From an uncultured Clostridia bacterium (GTDB lineage: Bacteria > Bacillota > Clostridia > Christensenellales > Pumilibacteraceae), in contig CAMUAL010000001.1 in NCBI GenBank assembly GCA_947086925.1, forward strand, positions 1 to 64,000: 64,000 bases of DNA. The letters run 5' to 3'. Of this stretch, positions 45,918-56,945 are shown one piece after another. Within the stretch, counting starts at the first letter, position 1. Each line of letters begins with the position of its first letter. Both the position numbers and the translations under genes were made by a program. The notes under the pieces were generated by a model, which did no database searches, had not been told where the DNA came from, and saw nothing but the letters and a program-made list of their open reading frames with translations.

Positions 45918-46745
45918 ATGGCAATTAAAAGATATAAACCCATGACCGCCGGTACTCGCTTCAAGACGGTTTCGAGCTTTGACGAGATTACGACGTCTAC
46001 GCCCGAAAAATCCCTTTTGGACGTTTCGTACCGCACCGGCGGCAGAAACAATACAGGCAGAATAACCGTTCGTCACATAGGCGGCGGCAATCGCATTAAG
46101 TACCGCATAATCGACTTCAAGCGCAATAAGGACGACATCCCCGCGCGCGTAGCCGAAATCGAGTACGACCCCAACCGCACGGCTTACATCGCGCTTCTCA
46201 ATTACGCCGACGGCGAAAAGAGATACATTCTCGCGCCCCTCGGATTAAAGAAAGGCGACACCGTAATAAGCGGAGAAAACGCCGATATTAAGGCGGGCAA
46301 CGCGCTCCCTCTTGCCAATATCCCCGTAGGCACAATGGTGCACAACATCGAGATGCAACCGGGCAGAGGCGGTCAAATGGCAAAGGCCGCTGGCAGTGCG
46401 GCTCAGCTTATGGCAAAAGAAGGCAATTACGCAACGCTCCGTCTTCCGAGCGGCGAAATGCGTATGATTCCGTTAAAGTGCAAAGCTACAATCGGTCAGG
46501 TCGGAAATCTCGACCACGAGCTCGTATCACTCGGCAAAGCCGGCAGAAAACGTCACATGGGCGTTAAACCCACCGTTCGCGGCGTGGTAATGAACCCTTG
46601 CGACCACCCTCACGGCGGCGGCGAAGGCAAGTCTCCGATAGGTCGTCCCGGTCCCGTATCTCCTTGGGGTCAGCCGGCACTCGGTTACAAGACTCGCAAG
46701 AAGCATAAAAACAGTGACCGCTTTATCGTAAAGCGTATTAACTGA
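45918..46745 (+). CDS. rplB: 50S ribosomal protein L2
   Basis: Translation matches uL2 ([15 protein letters not shown]...). Confidence 0.95.
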   Translation: MAIKRYKPMTAGTRFKTVSSFDEITTSTPEKSLLDVSYRTGGRNNTGRITVRHIGGGNRIKYRIIDFKRNKDDIPARVAEIEYDPNRTAYIALLNYADGEKRYILAPLGLKKGDTVISGENADIKAGNALPLANIPVGTMVHNIEMQPGRGGQMAKAAGSAAQLMAKEGNYATLRLPSGEMRMIPLKCKATIGQVGNLDHELVSLGKAGRKRHMGVKPTVRGVVMNPCDHPHGGGEGKSPIGRPGPVSPWGQPALGYKTRKKHKNSDRFIVKRIN

Positions 46746-46760
46746 GAGGTGTAATTAGAA

Positions 46761-47039
46761 ATGAGTAGAAGTGTAAAAAAAGGCCCTTACGTTGAAGAAA
46801 GGCTTTATAACAGAGTAAAAGCGCAGGCGGAAAGTTCCGATAAAAAAGTTATCAAAACTTGGTCGCGCTCGTCAACGATATTCCCCGAGTTCGTAGGTTG
46901 CACGATAGCCGTGCACGACGGACGCAAACACGTTCCCGTTTATTGCACCGAAGAAATGGTAGGTCATAAGCTCGGCGAATTTGCGCCCACCCGTACTTTC
47001 CGCGGCCATGCCGGCGAAAAGACGACAAAGGGTAAATAA
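46761..47039 (+). CDS. rpsS: 30S ribosomal protein S19
   Basis: Translation matches uS19. Confidence 0.95.
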   Translation: MSRSVKKGPYVEERLYNRVKAQAESSDKKVIKTWSRSSTIFPEFVGCTIAVHDGRKHVPVYCTEEMVGHKLGEFAPTRTFRGHAGEKTTKGK

Positions 47040-47052
47040 GGAGTAGCTTAAA

Positions 47053-47448
47053 ATGGCAAAGAGAATGAAAGAAAAAACGCTTGCGCGTAAAGAAAACAAA
47101 GATACGCGCCCCAGCGCAACCGCTAAATATATACGCATCTCGCCCACAAAAGTTCGCGTGGTACTCGATACCGTTCGCGGCAAGTCGGTAAACGATGCGC
47201 TTGCGTCGCTTATGGCAACTCCCAAGGTTGCAAGCGAGCCTATCCGAAAAGTGATAGAGTCGGCAACCGCAAACGCCGAGCACAATCAGGGGCTCAGCCG
47301 CGCGGACTTGTACGTAGCCGAAATATTTGCCGACGGCGGACCTATTTTAAAGCGTATCAATCCCGTAAGTAAGGGCAGAGCGCACCGCATCAACAAAAGA
47401 ACCAGTCATATCACGGTTATACTCGACACCGTGAAGGAGGTCAAGTAA
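47053..47448 (+). CDS. rplV: 50S ribosomal protein L22
   Basis: Translation matches uL22. Confidence 0.95.
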   Translation: MAKRMKEKTLARKENKDTRPSATAKYIRISPTKVRVVLDTVRGKSVNDALASLMATPKVASEPIRKVIESATANAEHNQGLSRADLYVAEIFADGGPILKRINPVSKGRAHRINKRTSHITVILDTVKEVK

Positions 47449-47450
47449 GT

Positions 47451-48113
47451 ATGGGTCAAAAAGTTAATCCTCACGGACTGAGAGTAGGCGTTATCGACAG
47501 TTGGAATGCTAATTGGTACGCCGGTAAAAAGGATTTCTCGGCTAATCTTTACGAAGACCACAAAATCCGCGAATTTATTAAAAAGAAGTATTACACATTC
47601 GGCGTGAGCAAAGTGGTTATCGAGCGCGCACAGGGCAATGTAAGCATAAACATTTATACTTCCAAGCCCGGCATGATTATCGGTCTTAAAGGCGCGGGAA
47701 TCGAAGAACTCAAAAAAGCTCTTGCAAAGGTTGTTCCGGGTAAGCAGTTCCATATCAACATTATGGAAGTTAAGCGTCCCGATATGGACGCGGTGCTTGT
47801 TGCCGAGGGAATCGCCGCTCAGCTCGAAAAGCGCAGTTCGTTCAGAAGAACAATGAAACAGGCTATGGGCAGAGTAATGCGCAGCGGAGCAAAGGGTGTA
47901 AAGATTAAAGTTTCGGGTCGACTCGACGGCGCCGAAATAGCACGCAGCGAAGCGTATCACGAGGGAAGTATCCCCCTGCAAACGCTTAGAGCCGATATAG
48001 ATTACGGCACGGCTACCGCACGCACTACCTTCGGTGCCATAGGCATTAAGGTTTGGGTGTACAAGGGTGAAATCTTACCCAAAGCCAAAGAGCCGCAAGG
48101 AGGTCAGGAATAA
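47451..48113 (+). CDS. rpsC: 30S ribosomal protein S3
   Basis: Translation matches uS3 (KH domain). Confidence 0.95.
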   Translation: MGQKVNPHGLRVGVIDSWNANWYAGKKDFSANLYEDHKIREFIKKKYYTFGVSKVVIERAQGNVSINIYTSKPGMIIGLKGAGIEELKKALAKVVPGKQFHINIMEVKRPDMDAVLVAEGIAAQLEKRSSFRRTMKQAMGRVMRSGAKGVKIKVSGRLDGAEIARSEAYHEGSIPLQTLRADIDYGTATARTTFGAIGIKVWVYKGEILPKAKEPQGGQE

Positions 48114-48553
48114 TGTTACTTCCCAAAAGAGTAAAACGCCGCAAACAACAGCGCGGCAGAATGAAAGGCAGCGCGCACAAGGGTAACGTAATCGCTTACG
48201 GCGAATACGGACTCGTTGCGCTCGACCCCGCATGGATAACGTCAAATCAGATAGAGGCAGCCCGTATCGCAATGACCCGTTACATCAAGCGCGGCGGTCA
48301 GGTATGGATTGATATATTCCCTCATAAGCCTATCACCAAAAAACCCGCCGAAACCCGCATGGGTAGCGGTAAAGGTTCGCCCGAATATTGGGCGGCGGTG
48401 GTTAAGCCGGGCAGAGTTATGTTCGAAATGGCGGGAGTAAGCGAGGAGATTGCCCGCGAGGCACTCCGTCTTGCATCTCACAAGCTTCCCGTTCGTTGCA
48501 AAATATGCAAGCGTGACGAGCTTGTGTCCGCCGACGAGGAGGAGAAAGCGTAA
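48113..48553 (+). CDS. rplP: 50S ribosomal protein L16
   Basis: Translation matches uL16; TAATG overlap with rpsC. Confidence 0.95.
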   Translation: MLLPKRVKRRKQQRGRMKGSAHKGNVIAYGEYGLVALDPAWITSNQIEAARIAMTRYIKRGGQVWIDIFPHKPITKKPAETRMGSGKGSPEYWAAVVKPGRVMFEMAGVSEEIAREALRLASHKLPVRCKICKRDELVSADEEEKA

Positions 48554-48753
48554 TGAAAGCTAAGCAGATACACGAAATGAAAGACGATGAGCTGATTGCT
48601 AAGCTCGGCGAGCTTAAACAGGAATTGTTTAACCTCAGATTCAGCAACGCTACCGGTCAGCTCAGCAACCCCATGCAAATGGTAGTTTGCAAAAAAGACA
48701 TTGCGCGCATCAAAACGGTGCTCCGTGAGCGCGAACTCGGTAAAAAGGCATAG
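48553..48753 (+). CDS. rpmC: 50S ribosomal protein L29
   Basis: Translation matches uL29. Confidence 0.9.
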   Translation: MKAKQIHEMKDDELIAKLGELKQELFNLRFSNATGQLSNPMQMVVCKKDIARIKTVLRERELGKKA

Positions 48754-48767
48754 GGAGCGAGGTAATC

Positions 48768-49031
48768 ATGGAAACATTAGAAAGAAACAATCGTAAGGTG
48801 CGCGAAGGTATTGTTGTGTCCGACAAAATGGACAAAACGATTGTCGTTGCAATTAAGGACAAAGCAAAGCACCCTCTGTATAAAAAGACCATTAACAAGA
48901 CCAAAAAACTGAAAGCTCACGACGAAAACAACGAGGCAGGCATAGGCGATACCGTTGAAATAATGGAAACCCGCCATATCTCAAAAGATAAGTGCTGGCG
49001 TCTTGTCAAAGTAGTCGAGAAGGCGAAGTAA
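48768..49031 (+). CDS. rpsQ: 30S ribosomal protein S17
   Basis: Translation matches uS17. Confidence 0.95.
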   Translation: METLERNNRKVREGIVVSDKMDKTIVVAIKDKAKHPLYKKTINKTKKLKAHDENNEAGIGDTVEIMETRHISKDKCWRLVKVVEKAK

Positions 49032-49045
49032 GGAGAGGTGAAATT

Positions 49046-49414
49046 ATGATACAACCACAGACCTATCTTAAAGTAGCCGACAACAGCGGTGCAAAAGAAA
49101 TCATGTGCATTCGCGTGCTCGGCGGCTCGTTCCGCAGAAGCGGCAATATAGGCGACGTTATCATCGCCTCGGTAAAAAGCGCGTCTACCGGCGGCGCCGT
49201 TAAAAAAGGCGACGTAGTAAAGGCGGTAATCGTGCGCACGAATAAGGGCGTCGGTCGCCCCGACGGCTCGTTTATCCGTTTCGACGATAACGCCGCCGTA
49301 ATAATCGACAACCAGAAACAACCCCGCGGCACCCGTATCTTCGGACCCATTGCCCGCGAGCTCAGAGAAAAAGATTACATGAAAATCATTTCTCTTGCAC
49401 CGGAAGTTTTGTAG
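49046..49414 (+). CDS. rplN: 50S ribosomal protein L14
   Basis: Start at ATG 49046 ([20 protein letters not shown] aggagagg); track start 48992 is a spurious upstream extension overlapping rpsQ. Confidence 0.95.
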   Translation: MIQPQTYLKVADNSGAKEIMCIRVLGGSFRRSGNIGDVIIASVKSASTGGAVKKGDVVKAVIVRTNKGVGRPDGSFIRFDDNAAVIIDNQKQPRGTRIFGPIARELREKDYMKIISLAPEVL

Positions 49415-49427
49415 GAGGTAAGAGAAC

Positions 49428-49955
49428 ATGAGTTTGAACGTAAAGAAAGGCGACAATGTTGTTATGATTGCCGGCAAAGACAAAGGCAAGACCGGTAAAA
49501 TAACTTCTTGCGACCCCACAAGCGGCAGAGTAGTCGTAGAAGGTTGCAACATTATAACAAAGCACGTTAAGCCCCGCGGCGCAAATCAACCGGGCGGCAA
49601 AAACAAGCTTTCAGGTCCCGTAGACGTTAGCAACGTGCAGATTATCTGCCCCGTTTGCAACAAGGCGACCCGTGTTGCTCACAAAGAGGAAGGCGATAAA
49701 AAGGTTCGCGTTTGCAACAAATGCGGAGCTTCGCTCGACACAAAGAAAGTAGAAAAGAAATCCAAAAAAGGTAAAACCGATAAGGCAGAAGCCGTAGAGG
49801 CGGAAACCGAGGTAAAAGAAAAGACCACGGCAAAAAAGACCGCGGCAAAGAAACCCGCGGCTAAAAAGACCGCGGCCGAAAAGCCCGCGGCTAAGAAAAC
49901 CGTTAAACCCGAGGCAGAAAACACTGCCGATACCGCAAACGGCGGCGAGAACTAA
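49428..49955 (+). CDS. rplX: 50S ribosomal protein L24 with zinc-ribbon variant and ~70-aa Lys/Ala-rich C-terminal extension
   Basis: uL24 core (KKGDNVVMIAGKDKGKTGKI...), CPVCNK...CNKCG zinc motif, then KKTAAKKPAAKKTAAEKPAAKK tail; 175 aa vs ~105 typical. Confidence 0.85.
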   Translation: MSLNVKKGDNVVMIAGKDKGKTGKITSCDPTSGRVVVEGCNIITKHVKPRGANQPGGKNKLSGPVDVSNVQIICPVCNKATRVAHKEEGDKKVRVCNKCGASLDTKKVEKKSKKGKTDKAEAVEAETEVKEKTTAKKTAAKKPAAKKTAAEKPAAKKTVKPEAENTADTANGGEN

Positions 49956-49967
49956 TCGGAGGACACA

Positions 49968-50570
49968 ATGGCAGAAAAGAAAAATCAGGTTGCGGCGAAC
50001 AAGACTGCAACCGATACGAAAAACGATGCCCGTTACCGCCTCAGAAAGCGTTACGTGAGCGAAATCGTTCCCGCTCTTATGAGCGAAAAAGGGTATAAGA
50101 ACATCAACGAAGTTCCCAAGCTCGAAAAAATCACTCTTAATATGCGTCTCGGCGATATTAAGGATAACAGCAAAAGTATTCAGCTTGCGCAAGCCGAACT
50201 CGAAGCTATCTGCGGACAAAAGAGCATTGTAACAAAGGCGAAGAAAAGCGTAGCAAACTTCAAGCTCCGCGAAAATCAGCCCATAGGCATAAAAGTAACC
50301 CTTCGCGGCGATAAAATGTACGAGTTCCTCGATAAGCTTGTTTCGATAGCACTTCCCCGCGTGCGCGACTTCCGCGGAATATCCGGAAAGTCGTTCGACG
50401 GCAGAGGAAACTATTCGATGGGTATAAAAGAGCAAATTATCTTCCCCGAAATTTCCTACGAACAAGTGGAAAAAGTACGCGGTTTCGATATTTGCATAGT
50501 AACTACCGCCAAGTCGGACGATGAAGCGAAAGCATTGCTCACCAAAATGGGCATGCCGTTCAGAAACTAG
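49968..50570 (+). CDS. rplE: 50S ribosomal protein L5
   Basis: Translation matches uL5. Confidence 0.95.
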   Translation: MAEKKNQVAANKTATDTKNDARYRLRKRYVSEIVPALMSEKGYKNINEVPKLEKITLNMRLGDIKDNSKSIQLAQAELEAICGQKSIVTKAKKSVANFKLRENQPIGIKVTLRGDKMYEFLDKLVSIALPRVRDFRGISGKSFDGRGNYSMGIKEQIIFPEISYEQVEKVRGFDICIVTTAKSDDEAKALLTKMGMPFRN

Positions 50571-50589
50571 CGGAGGATAGGAGAAAATT

Positions 50590-50775
50590 ATGGCTAAAAA
50601 AGCAATGATTAACAAGCAGCAAAAACCCGCAAAGTTCTCTACGCGCGCATATACGCGTTGCAACATTTGCGGACGTCCGCATGCCGTTTTGAAAAAGTAC
50701 GGTATTTGCAGAATATGCTTCCGCGAACTTGCCTACAAGGGCGAGATTCCCGGCGTTAAAAAGTCGAGCTGGTAA
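50590..50775 (+). CDS. rpsN: 30S ribosomal protein S14 type Z (zinc-binding, 61 aa)
   Basis: CNICGRPH...CRIC zinc motif. Confidence 0.95.
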   Translation: MAKKAMINKQQKPAKFSTRAYTRCNICGRPHAVLKKYGICRICFRELAYKGEIPGVKKSSW

Positions 50776-50790
50776 GGAGGGACAATCAAT

Positions 50791-51189
50791 ATGGTTACAA
50801 CAGACCCCATAGCGGATTTGCTCACGAGAATACGTAATGCGCTCACCGCGCGTCACGACTCCGTATCGGTGCCGGCTTCCAAAATGAAGAAGGCAATCGC
50901 GGATATTCTTGTTGAAGAAGGTTTTATCAAAAGCGCGGAAATCGGCGACGATAACGGACACCCCGTTATCAACATGGTTCTCAAATACGGCAACAAGTAC
51001 GAAAGAGTTATAACAAACCTTAAACGTATCAGTAAGCCGGGCTTGCGTGTATACTGCGGCTACGAAGATTTACCCAAAGTTTTGGGCGGACTCGGAATTG
51101 CGATAATCTCGACAAGCAAGGGCGTAATGACCGATAAACAAGCGCGTGCGCAGAAAGTCGGCGGCGAAGTGCTCGCCTACGTTTGGTAA
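50791..51189 (+). CDS. rpsH: 30S ribosomal protein S8
   Basis: Translation matches uS8. Confidence 0.95.
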   Translation: MVTTDPIADLLTRIRNALTARHDSVSVPASKMKKAIADILVEEGFIKSAEIGDDNGHPVINMVLKYGNKYERVITNLKRISKPGLRVYCGYEDLPKVLGGLGIAIISTSKGVMTDKQARAQKVGGEVLAYVW

Positions 51190-51201
51190 GGGAGGCTCAG
51201 T

Positions 51202-51744
51202 ATGTCAAGAATAGGTAGAATGCCGATTGCTATTCCCGCAGGCGTTAAGGTTGAAGTAAACGGTGCCGCGGTTAAAGTAAGCGGACCCAAGGGTACGCTC
51301 GAGCGCGAAATAGCAAGCAACAAAATTCAGGTTAAAGTAGAAGGCGCGGAAGTACACGTACTTCGCTCCGACGAAAAGAAAGAAACAAAATCGAAGCACG
51401 GACTTTACCGTCAGCTTATAGCCAACATGGTAGCCGGTGTTGTTACGCCGTTTACCCGCACCCTTATTATTCAGGGCGTAGGTTACAAAGCCGCGGTTGC
51501 CGGAAACAAGCTTACAATGAGCTTAGGTTACAGTCACCCCGTAGAGTTCATTGCTCCCGAGGGAATAACCATTACTTGCCCCGACATTACGACGGTTGTC
51601 GTTTCGGGTATAAGCAAGGAGTTGGTCGGACAGACCGCCGCTACCATTCGCAGTAAGCGACCCGTTGAGCCTTATCACAATTACGGACTCCATTATTCGG
51701 ACGAAGTGCTTGTGAAGAAGGAAGGCAAGACGGCAGGTAAGTAA
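51202..51744 (+). CDS. rplF: 50S ribosomal protein L6
   Basis: Translation matches uL6. Confidence 0.95.
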   Translation: MSRIGRMPIAIPAGVKVEVNGAAVKVSGPKGTLEREIASNKIQVKVEGAEVHVLRSDEKKETKSKHGLYRQLIANMVAGVVTPFTRTLIIQGVGYKAAVAGNKLTMSLGYSHPVEFIAPEGITITCPDITTVVVSGISKELVGQTAATIRSKRPVEPYHNYGLHYSDEVLVKKEGKTAGK

Positions 51745-51756
51745 GGAGCGTAAAAT

Positions 51757-52119
51757 ATGATAAACAAGCAGAATAAAAATCAGATTCGTTTAAAACGTCA
51801 TTTGCGCGTTCGCAGCAACATTTCGGGAACGGCTCAGTGCCCGCGCCTTAATGTTTACCGCTCCACAAGTCACATTTACGCACAGGTTATCGACGACGTG
51901 GCGGGCAAAACGCTTGCCGCAAGTTCGACTGTGGCAAAAGACGTCAACGTCAAAGGTAAAACCAAAACCGAGGCTGCCGCAATAGTCGGTGCCGACGTTG
52001 CCAAAAAGGCAATGGCAAAAGGTATAGCTTGCGTCGTATTCGACCGCGGCGGCTACCTTTACACGGGCAGAGTTAAAGCTCTTGCCGACGGCGCGCGCGA
52101 AGCGGGACTCAAATTTTAA
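51757..52119 (+). CDS. rplR: 50S ribosomal protein L18
   Basis: Translation matches uL18. Confidence 0.95.
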   Translation: MINKQNKNQIRLKRHLRVRSNISGTAQCPRLNVYRSTSHIYAQVIDDVAGKTLAASSTVAKDVNVKGKTKTEAAAIVGADVAKKAMAKGIACVVFDRGGYLYTGRVKALADGAREAGLKF

Positions 52120-52134
52120 CGGAGGAAATCGGAA

Positions 52135-52647
52135 ATGGCAAGACGTGAACGTGAAGAAATGAAGCCGGATGACGGCTTTAAAAGCAAACTCGTAGCGGTA
52201 AACCGTATCACAAAGGTTGTTAAGGGCGGACGCAACATGCGCTTTTCGGCACTTGTTGTAGTCGGCGACGGCAACGGCAATGTGGGTATTGGTACCGGCA
52301 AAGCCGCCGAAGTCCCCGAGGCTATCAAAAAGGCGGAAGGCGTTGCTCGTCGCAGTTTGGTTAAAATTGCGCTCAGCGACGGCACTATACCGCATGAGAT
52401 AATAGGTAAGTTCGGAACTTCGCAGGTATTACTGCGTCCCGCTCCCGAAGGTACCGGCGTTATAGCCGGCGGCAGCGTGCGTGCGGTGGTAGAGCTTGCG
52501 GGCATTAAGAACATAACTACCAAAAGCTACGGCAGCCGTAATCCCATAAACAGCGTTAAGGCTACTTTCAGCGGGCTTACATCGCTTCGTTCGCCCGAAC
52601 AGGTGGCGGCACTCCGCGGTAAAACCGTAGAAGAAATTTTAGGATAG
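52135..52647 (+). CDS. rpsE: 30S ribosomal protein S5
   Basis: Translation matches uS5. Confidence 0.95.
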   Translation: MARREREEMKPDDGFKSKLVAVNRITKVVKGGRNMRFSALVVVGDGNGNVGIGTGKAAEVPEAIKKAEGVARRSLVKIALSDGTIPHEIIGKFGTSQVLLRPAPEGTGVIAGGSVRAVVELAGIKNITTKSYGSRNPINSVKATFSGLTSLRSPEQVAALRGKTVEEILG

Positions 52648-52657
52648 GAGAGGCGAT

Positions 52658-52873
52658 ATGGCTACAAAAAAGACCGATAAAGCCGCTGATAAGATGCTTA
52701 AAGTTACGCTTGTAAAAAGCACAATCGGCAGCCTTGAAAAGCATAAAAGAACAGTTCAGGCATTGGGACTTAAAAAAATTCGTTCCAGCGTTGTGGTACG
52801 CGACAATCCCGCTATGCGCGGAATGATTTTCGCGGTTAAGCACCTTGTGAGCGTAGAGGAGGTACAAGCCTAA
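52658..52873 (+). CDS. rpmD: 50S ribosomal protein L30
   Basis: Translation matches uL30 (71 aa, slightly extended N-terminus). Confidence 0.9.
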   Translation: MATKKTDKAADKMLKVTLVKSTIGSLEKHKRTVQALGLKKIRSSVVVRDNPAMRGMIFAVKHLVSVEEVQA

Positions 52874-53316
52874 TGAAAATGAATGACATTTCACCCGCGG
52901 CGGGTGCGAGAAAAGCACCCAAGCGTTTGGGGCGCGGTATCGGTTCGGGTACCGGAAAAACCAGCGGTAAAGGACACAAGGGACAGTGGGCAAGAAGCGG
53001 CGGCGGAGTACGTCCCGGCTTCGAGGGCGGACAGATGCCGCTCAGCCGCAGAATACCCAAATCGGGTTTTGACAACCGCTACAAGAAAGTATATTCGATA
53101 GTAAATCTCGACGACCTCAATTCGTTTGACGACGGTGCGGTTGTGAACGCCGAGGAGCTTAAAAAAGCGGGCGTGCTCAGCAAAATCGAACCTTACGGAT
53201 TAAAGGTGCTCGGCAACGGAGAACTCACCAAAAAAGTTACCGTTCAGGCTAAGAAATTCTCGAAATCCGCAGCGGAAAAAATAGAGAAGGCCGGCGGTAA
53301 AGCAGAGGTGTTGTAA
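52873..53316 (+). CDS. rplO: 50S ribosomal protein L15
   Basis: Gly-rich N-terminus typical of uL15. Confidence 0.95.
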   Translation: MKMNDISPAAGARKAPKRLGRGIGSGTGKTSGKGHKGQWARSGGGVRPGFEGGQMPLSRRIPKSGFDNRYKKVYSIVNLDDLNSFDDGAVVNAEELKKAGVLSKIEPYGLKVLGNGELTKKVTVQAKKFSKSAAEKIEKAGGKAEVL

Positions 53317-54638
53317 TGTTTCAAACTCTCGTTAACGCGTTTAAGAATAAGGACGTAAGAAAAAAGATTCTTATTACTTTGGCGCTTATGTTTGTTTACC
53401 GCTTAGGGTGTTGGTTGCCTATTCCCGGTATAGCCGGCGAAACTTACACCGGCTCGGTCGGCAATTCGGGTAACATACTCGACTTGCTCGGCATGATTAC
53501 CGGCGGCGCGCTTCAAAACGGTGCTTTTCTTGCAATAGGAATATCGCCGTATATCAATGCGTCGATTATCATTCAGTTGCTTACCGTTGCTATCCCCCCA
53601 CTTGAAAGACTCAGTAAGCAAGGTGACGAGGGCAGAAAGAAACTCAACAAAATAACAAGATACTTCACTTTGGTACTTGCCGTTGCGCAAGCCGCGGGTA
53701 TTTTGGTTAGCTTTGTAAATTCCGATTCAATCAGTACCGGCTTGTTCGGCGTGGCATTGCCCGAATGGCTTGTGTGCATGTTCGTAGGCATTATACTCGT
53801 ATCCGGTTCTATGTTCACAATGTGGCTCGGCGAGAGAATCACCGAAATCGGAGTAGGTAACGGCATTTCGCTCCTTATCTTCGTAGGTATCCTTTCCACC
53901 GCAGGCATAAGCATTGTATCGGTATTCACCATTTGGTTCAGCGGCAGTGCGGGTGCGGATATGGCCCCGTGGGCACTGTTGGCGTTCGCTTTGCTTGTAA
54001 TACTTATCTTTGCGTTTATTGTATTCGTAGACCTTGCCGAGCGCAAGATTCCCGTGCACTACGCAAAACAGATTAAAGGTCGCAAGCAGTACGGCGGACA
54101 AACCACATATATTCCCATTAAAGTAAACGCAAGCGGCGTATTGCCCATCATATTTGCAACCGCAATACTTTCGTTCCCTCAGCTCATAATGTCGCTGTTC
54201 AACATGGACAATGCTTTTTATACATGGTGGCAGAAATGGCTCGGAACGGGGCAACCCATTTATATAGTTGTAATGGGACTGCTGATATTGTTTTTCAGTT
54301 TCTTCTATGCGCAGATTCAGTTCAATGCAGAAGAAGTCGCACGCAATATTCAGCAGTACGGCGGAAATATTACCGGATTACGTCCCGGCAAAATGACAAG
54401 CGAATATCTTAACAGAGTAAACAAGCGTTTAACTTTGTTCGGTGCGATATTCCTTGCGATTATCGCAATCGTTCCTTCGCTTATATTCAGTTTCGTATTC
54501 CAAAACAGCGAAGCGGCGTCGCTTGTAAACGCGTTCAGCGCAACAGGTATGCTAATCGTTGTATCGGTGGCTATCGAGTTCCAAAAACAACTTGAAAGTC
54601 AGCTTATGATGAAGCAGTATCGCGGTTTCTTGAAATAG
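53316..54638 (+). CDS. secY: preprotein translocase subunit SecY
   Basis: 10-TM SecY signature, 440 aa. Confidence 0.95.
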   Translation: MFQTLVNAFKNKDVRKKILITLALMFVYRLGCWLPIPGIAGETYTGSVGNSGNILDLLGMITGGALQNGAFLAIGISPYINASIIIQLLTVAIPPLERLSKQGDEGRKKLNKITRYFTLVLAVAQAAGILVSFVNSDSISTGLFGVALPEWLVCMFVGIILVSGSMFTMWLGERITEIGVGNGISLLIFVGILSTAGISIVSVFTIWFSGSAGADMAPWALLAFALLVILIFAFIVFVDLAERKIPVHYAKQIKGRKQYGGQTTYIPIKVNASGVLPIIFATAILSFPQLIMSLFNMDNAFYTWWQKWLGTGQPIYIVVMGLLILFFSFFYAQIQFNAEEVARNIQQYGGNITGLRPGKMTSEYLNRVNKRLTLFGAIFLAIIAIVPSLIFSFVFQNSEAASLVNAFSATGMLIVVSVAIEFQKQLESQLMMKQYRGFLK

Positions 54639-54686
54639 TCGGCTGCATATACGGGCGCATCTTAATTGTTTGGGTGTTTGTTGCTC

Positions 54687-54794
54687 GCTCGGTCAGGTGC
54701 GTATTTGTACGCGTTCTCGCGTGCGCGCCAACTGTTGCGAAAATCAGTGCCGAGTTAAATTAGGGAAAGCCCCCTCCGCTACGGTCGGGGTGAC
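54687..54794. repeat. family-B repeat copy (54687-54745) followed by inverted family-A hairpin unit (54769-54794) in secY-adk spacer
   Basis: gctcggtcaggtgcgtatttgtacgcgttctcgcgtgcgcgccaactgttgcgaaaatc and gccccctccgctacggtcggggtgac read directly. Confidence 0.8.
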
Positions 54795-54917
54795 GAAGTC
54801 AATTTATAACGGGTTACAAAGCAACCTATATGCGTGACAAAGCCCACCTATAACGAGTGGCAAGTAAAGCCCATTAAAAGTTTTTCAAGCTTTTTACAAA
54901 AAGCGGGAGGATAAAGA

Positions 54918-55544
54918 ATGAAAATCGTTTTACTCGGCGCGCCGGGCGCAGGTAAAGGAACACAGGCAGTCAAGATTGCCGAAAAGTACAATGTTGTGCA
55001 TATTTCCACGGGCGACATCTTCCGCAAGAATCTTAAAGAAGGCACGCCTGTTGGACTCAAAGCAAAAGCGTATATCGATAAAGGTCAGCTTGTTCCCGAC
55101 GAAGTAACTTGCGAAATAGTTGCCGAGCGTCTTAAAGAGTCGGATTGCAAAAAAGGCTTTATGCTCGACGGATTTCCCCGTAACGTAATGCAAGCGGAAG
55201 CACTCGATAAAATGGCAGACGTTGACTTGGTGCTCAATCTTGCCGTAGACCTCGATAAGCTCATGGCTCGTCTTACGGGTCGCAGAGTATGTTCGTCTTG
55301 CGGCGAAAGCTACCACGTATCCGCGTTTGACGGCAAAAAATGCACGAAGTGCGGCGGCGACGTTATACAGCGTGCCGATGACACCGAGGAAACGGTGGGC
55401 AACCGTCTTAAAGTTTACACCGAGCAAACTCAGCCTCTTATCGATTACTACTTGGCAAAGGGCAAGCTCAAATCGGTTGACGGCATGAAAGCTATCGATG
55501 ATGTGTTTGCCGAAGTGGTAACGGTTCTCGACAAAATAAAATAG
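54918..55544 (+). CDS. adk: adenylate kinase (with zinc-binding LID Cys4)
   Basis: P-loop GAPGAGKGTQA; LID CSSCGESYH...CTKCGGD. Confidence 0.95.
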   Translation: MKIVLLGAPGAGKGTQAVKIAEKYNVVHISTGDIFRKNLKEGTPVGLKAKAYIDKGQLVPDEVTCEIVAERLKESDCKKGFMLDGFPRNVMQAEALDKMADVDLVLNLAVDLDKLMARLTGRRVCSSCGESYHVSAFDGKKCTKCGGDVIQRADDTEETVGNRLKVYTEQTQPLIDYYLAKGKLKSVDGMKAIDDVFAEVVTVLDKIK

Positions 55545-55604
55545 TCGTCGGTAATCCGATTAAAATTTTTTTGCCTGTTTTTTGCAAAAAAGCAGGATTG
55601 AATA

Positions 55605-56348
55605 ATGATAACAGTAAAAAAGCCGAACGAACTTAATAAAATGCGTGTTGCGGGCAAACTTACGGGCGATACTCTCAGATATATAGAGGAGTACGTAAAA
55701 CCGGGGGTGACAACCGCCGAAATAAACCGTCTTATTCACGAGTTTATTACTTCCCACGATGCTATCCCGTCGTTTTTGGGTTACTGCGGCTATCCCGCCT
55801 CGGCTTGCGTTTCGGTAAACGACGTAGTGGTTCACGGAATCCCGAGCGGATACGTACTGCAAGAAGGCGACATAGTGTCGGTGGACGTAGGCGTAATAAA
55901 AGACGGATGGCAGGGCGATGCGGCAAGGACGTTTGCGGTCGGTAAAATATCCGCCGCGGCGCAAAAGCTTATCGACGTTACGCGCGAATGTTTCTACGAA
56001 GGCATCAAGCACGCAAAAAACGGAAAACGACTCGGCGATTTAAGTCATGCGATTCAGGCTCATGCCGAAAGCCACGGTTACGGCGTTGTGCGTGAAATGG
56101 TAGGACACGGTATAGGCAGAAAAATGCACGAAGACCCCTCGGTGCCGAATTTCGGAACGGCGGGAACGGGCGTTATGTTTAAATCGGGTTACACCATAGC
56201 GGTAGAACCTATGATAAACGCAGGTACGTTTAAAATCAAATTCGATTCCGACGGTTGGACAACGCGAACCGCCGACGGGAGCTTGTCGGCGCATTACGAA
56301 AACACCATAGCGATTTTCGACGGAGAACCCGAAATTCTGACGCTTTAA
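55605..56348 (+). CDS. map: type I methionine aminopeptidase
   Basis: Metal-binding D/D/H/E/E residues in conserved contexts. Confidence 0.95.
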   Translation: MITVKKPNELNKMRVAGKLTGDTLRYIEEYVKPGVTTAEINRLIHEFITSHDAIPSFLGYCGYPASACVSVNDVVVHGIPSGYVLQEGDIVSVDVGVIKDGWQGDAARTFAVGKISAAAQKLIDVTRECFYEGIKHAKNGKRLGDLSHAIQAHAESHGYGVVREMVGHGIGRKMHEDPSVPNFGTAGTGVMFKSGYTIAVEPMINAGTFKIKFDSDGWTTRTADGSLSAHYENTIAIFDGEPEILTL

Positions 56349-56401
56349 CAGGCAAATCCCATAAAAACAAAGTGTTTCAGTCACTTTACAAAGAGAAAAT
56401 T

Positions 56402-56695
56402 ATGTGCTATAATAATATGTACGCCCTTAAAGTTCCCGAAGTCGGACTTGCGGTTGTAAGCCGCATGGGGCACGATAAAGGAAGGTTGTATATAGTAGCG
56501 GCGGTGCTCAATTCCGACTTTATATTGTGTACCGACGGCGATGTGCGACCGCTCGATAAACCCAAAACAAAGAGGGTAAAGCACGTAAAAGCGATTTGTT
56601 TGTCGGAACCGGCGCAAACTGCGATAAAAAGCGGTAAACCGACCGACGCAAAGATAAAAAAAATTCTCAGAGATTTGAAAGACAAAAAACAATAA
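56402..56695 (+). CDS. KOW-domain RNA-binding protein (map-infA spacer protein)
   Basis: Start at internal ATG 56402; 97 aa; KOW-like GRLYIVAAV; conserved position between map and infA in Firmicutes; the track ORF start 56255 overlaps map. Confidence 0.65.
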   Translation: MCYNNMYALKVPEVGLAVVSRMGHDKGRLYIVAAVLNSDFILCTDGDVRPLDKPKTKRVKHVKAICLSEPAQTAIKSGKPTDAKIKKILRDLKDKKQ

Positions 56696-56704
56696 GGAGA
56701 GGTT

Positions 56705-56926
56705 ATGCCCAAGGACGATAATATCGAAGCGGAAGGTACCGTGGTAGAGTGCCTGCGCAACGCTATGTTCAAGGTAAAGCTGTCAAACGGTCACATTGTG
56801 ACATGTACCATATCGGGTAAAATCCGTATGCACTACATTAAAATCTTAGAAGGCGACACCGTTAAAATCGAAATGTCGCCCTACGATATTACAAAAGGTA
56901 GAATAACCTACCGCAACAAAAATTAA
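56705..56926 (+). CDS. infA: translation initiation factor IF-1
   Basis: S1-like OB fold, matches IF-1 nearly residue-for-residue. Confidence 0.95.
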   Translation: MPKDDNIEAEGTVVECLRNAMFKVKLSNGHIVTCTISGKIRMHYIKILEGDTVKIEMSPYDITKGRITYRNKN

Positions 56927-56945
56927 CCCCAAAGAGGTAACTAAA

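Noticed and set aside
56255-56401. Track start of the KOW-protein ORF overlapping map by 94 nt
   Set aside because: The overlap with a conserved gene is implausible. The internal ATG 56402 gives a protein of the expected ~97 aa.
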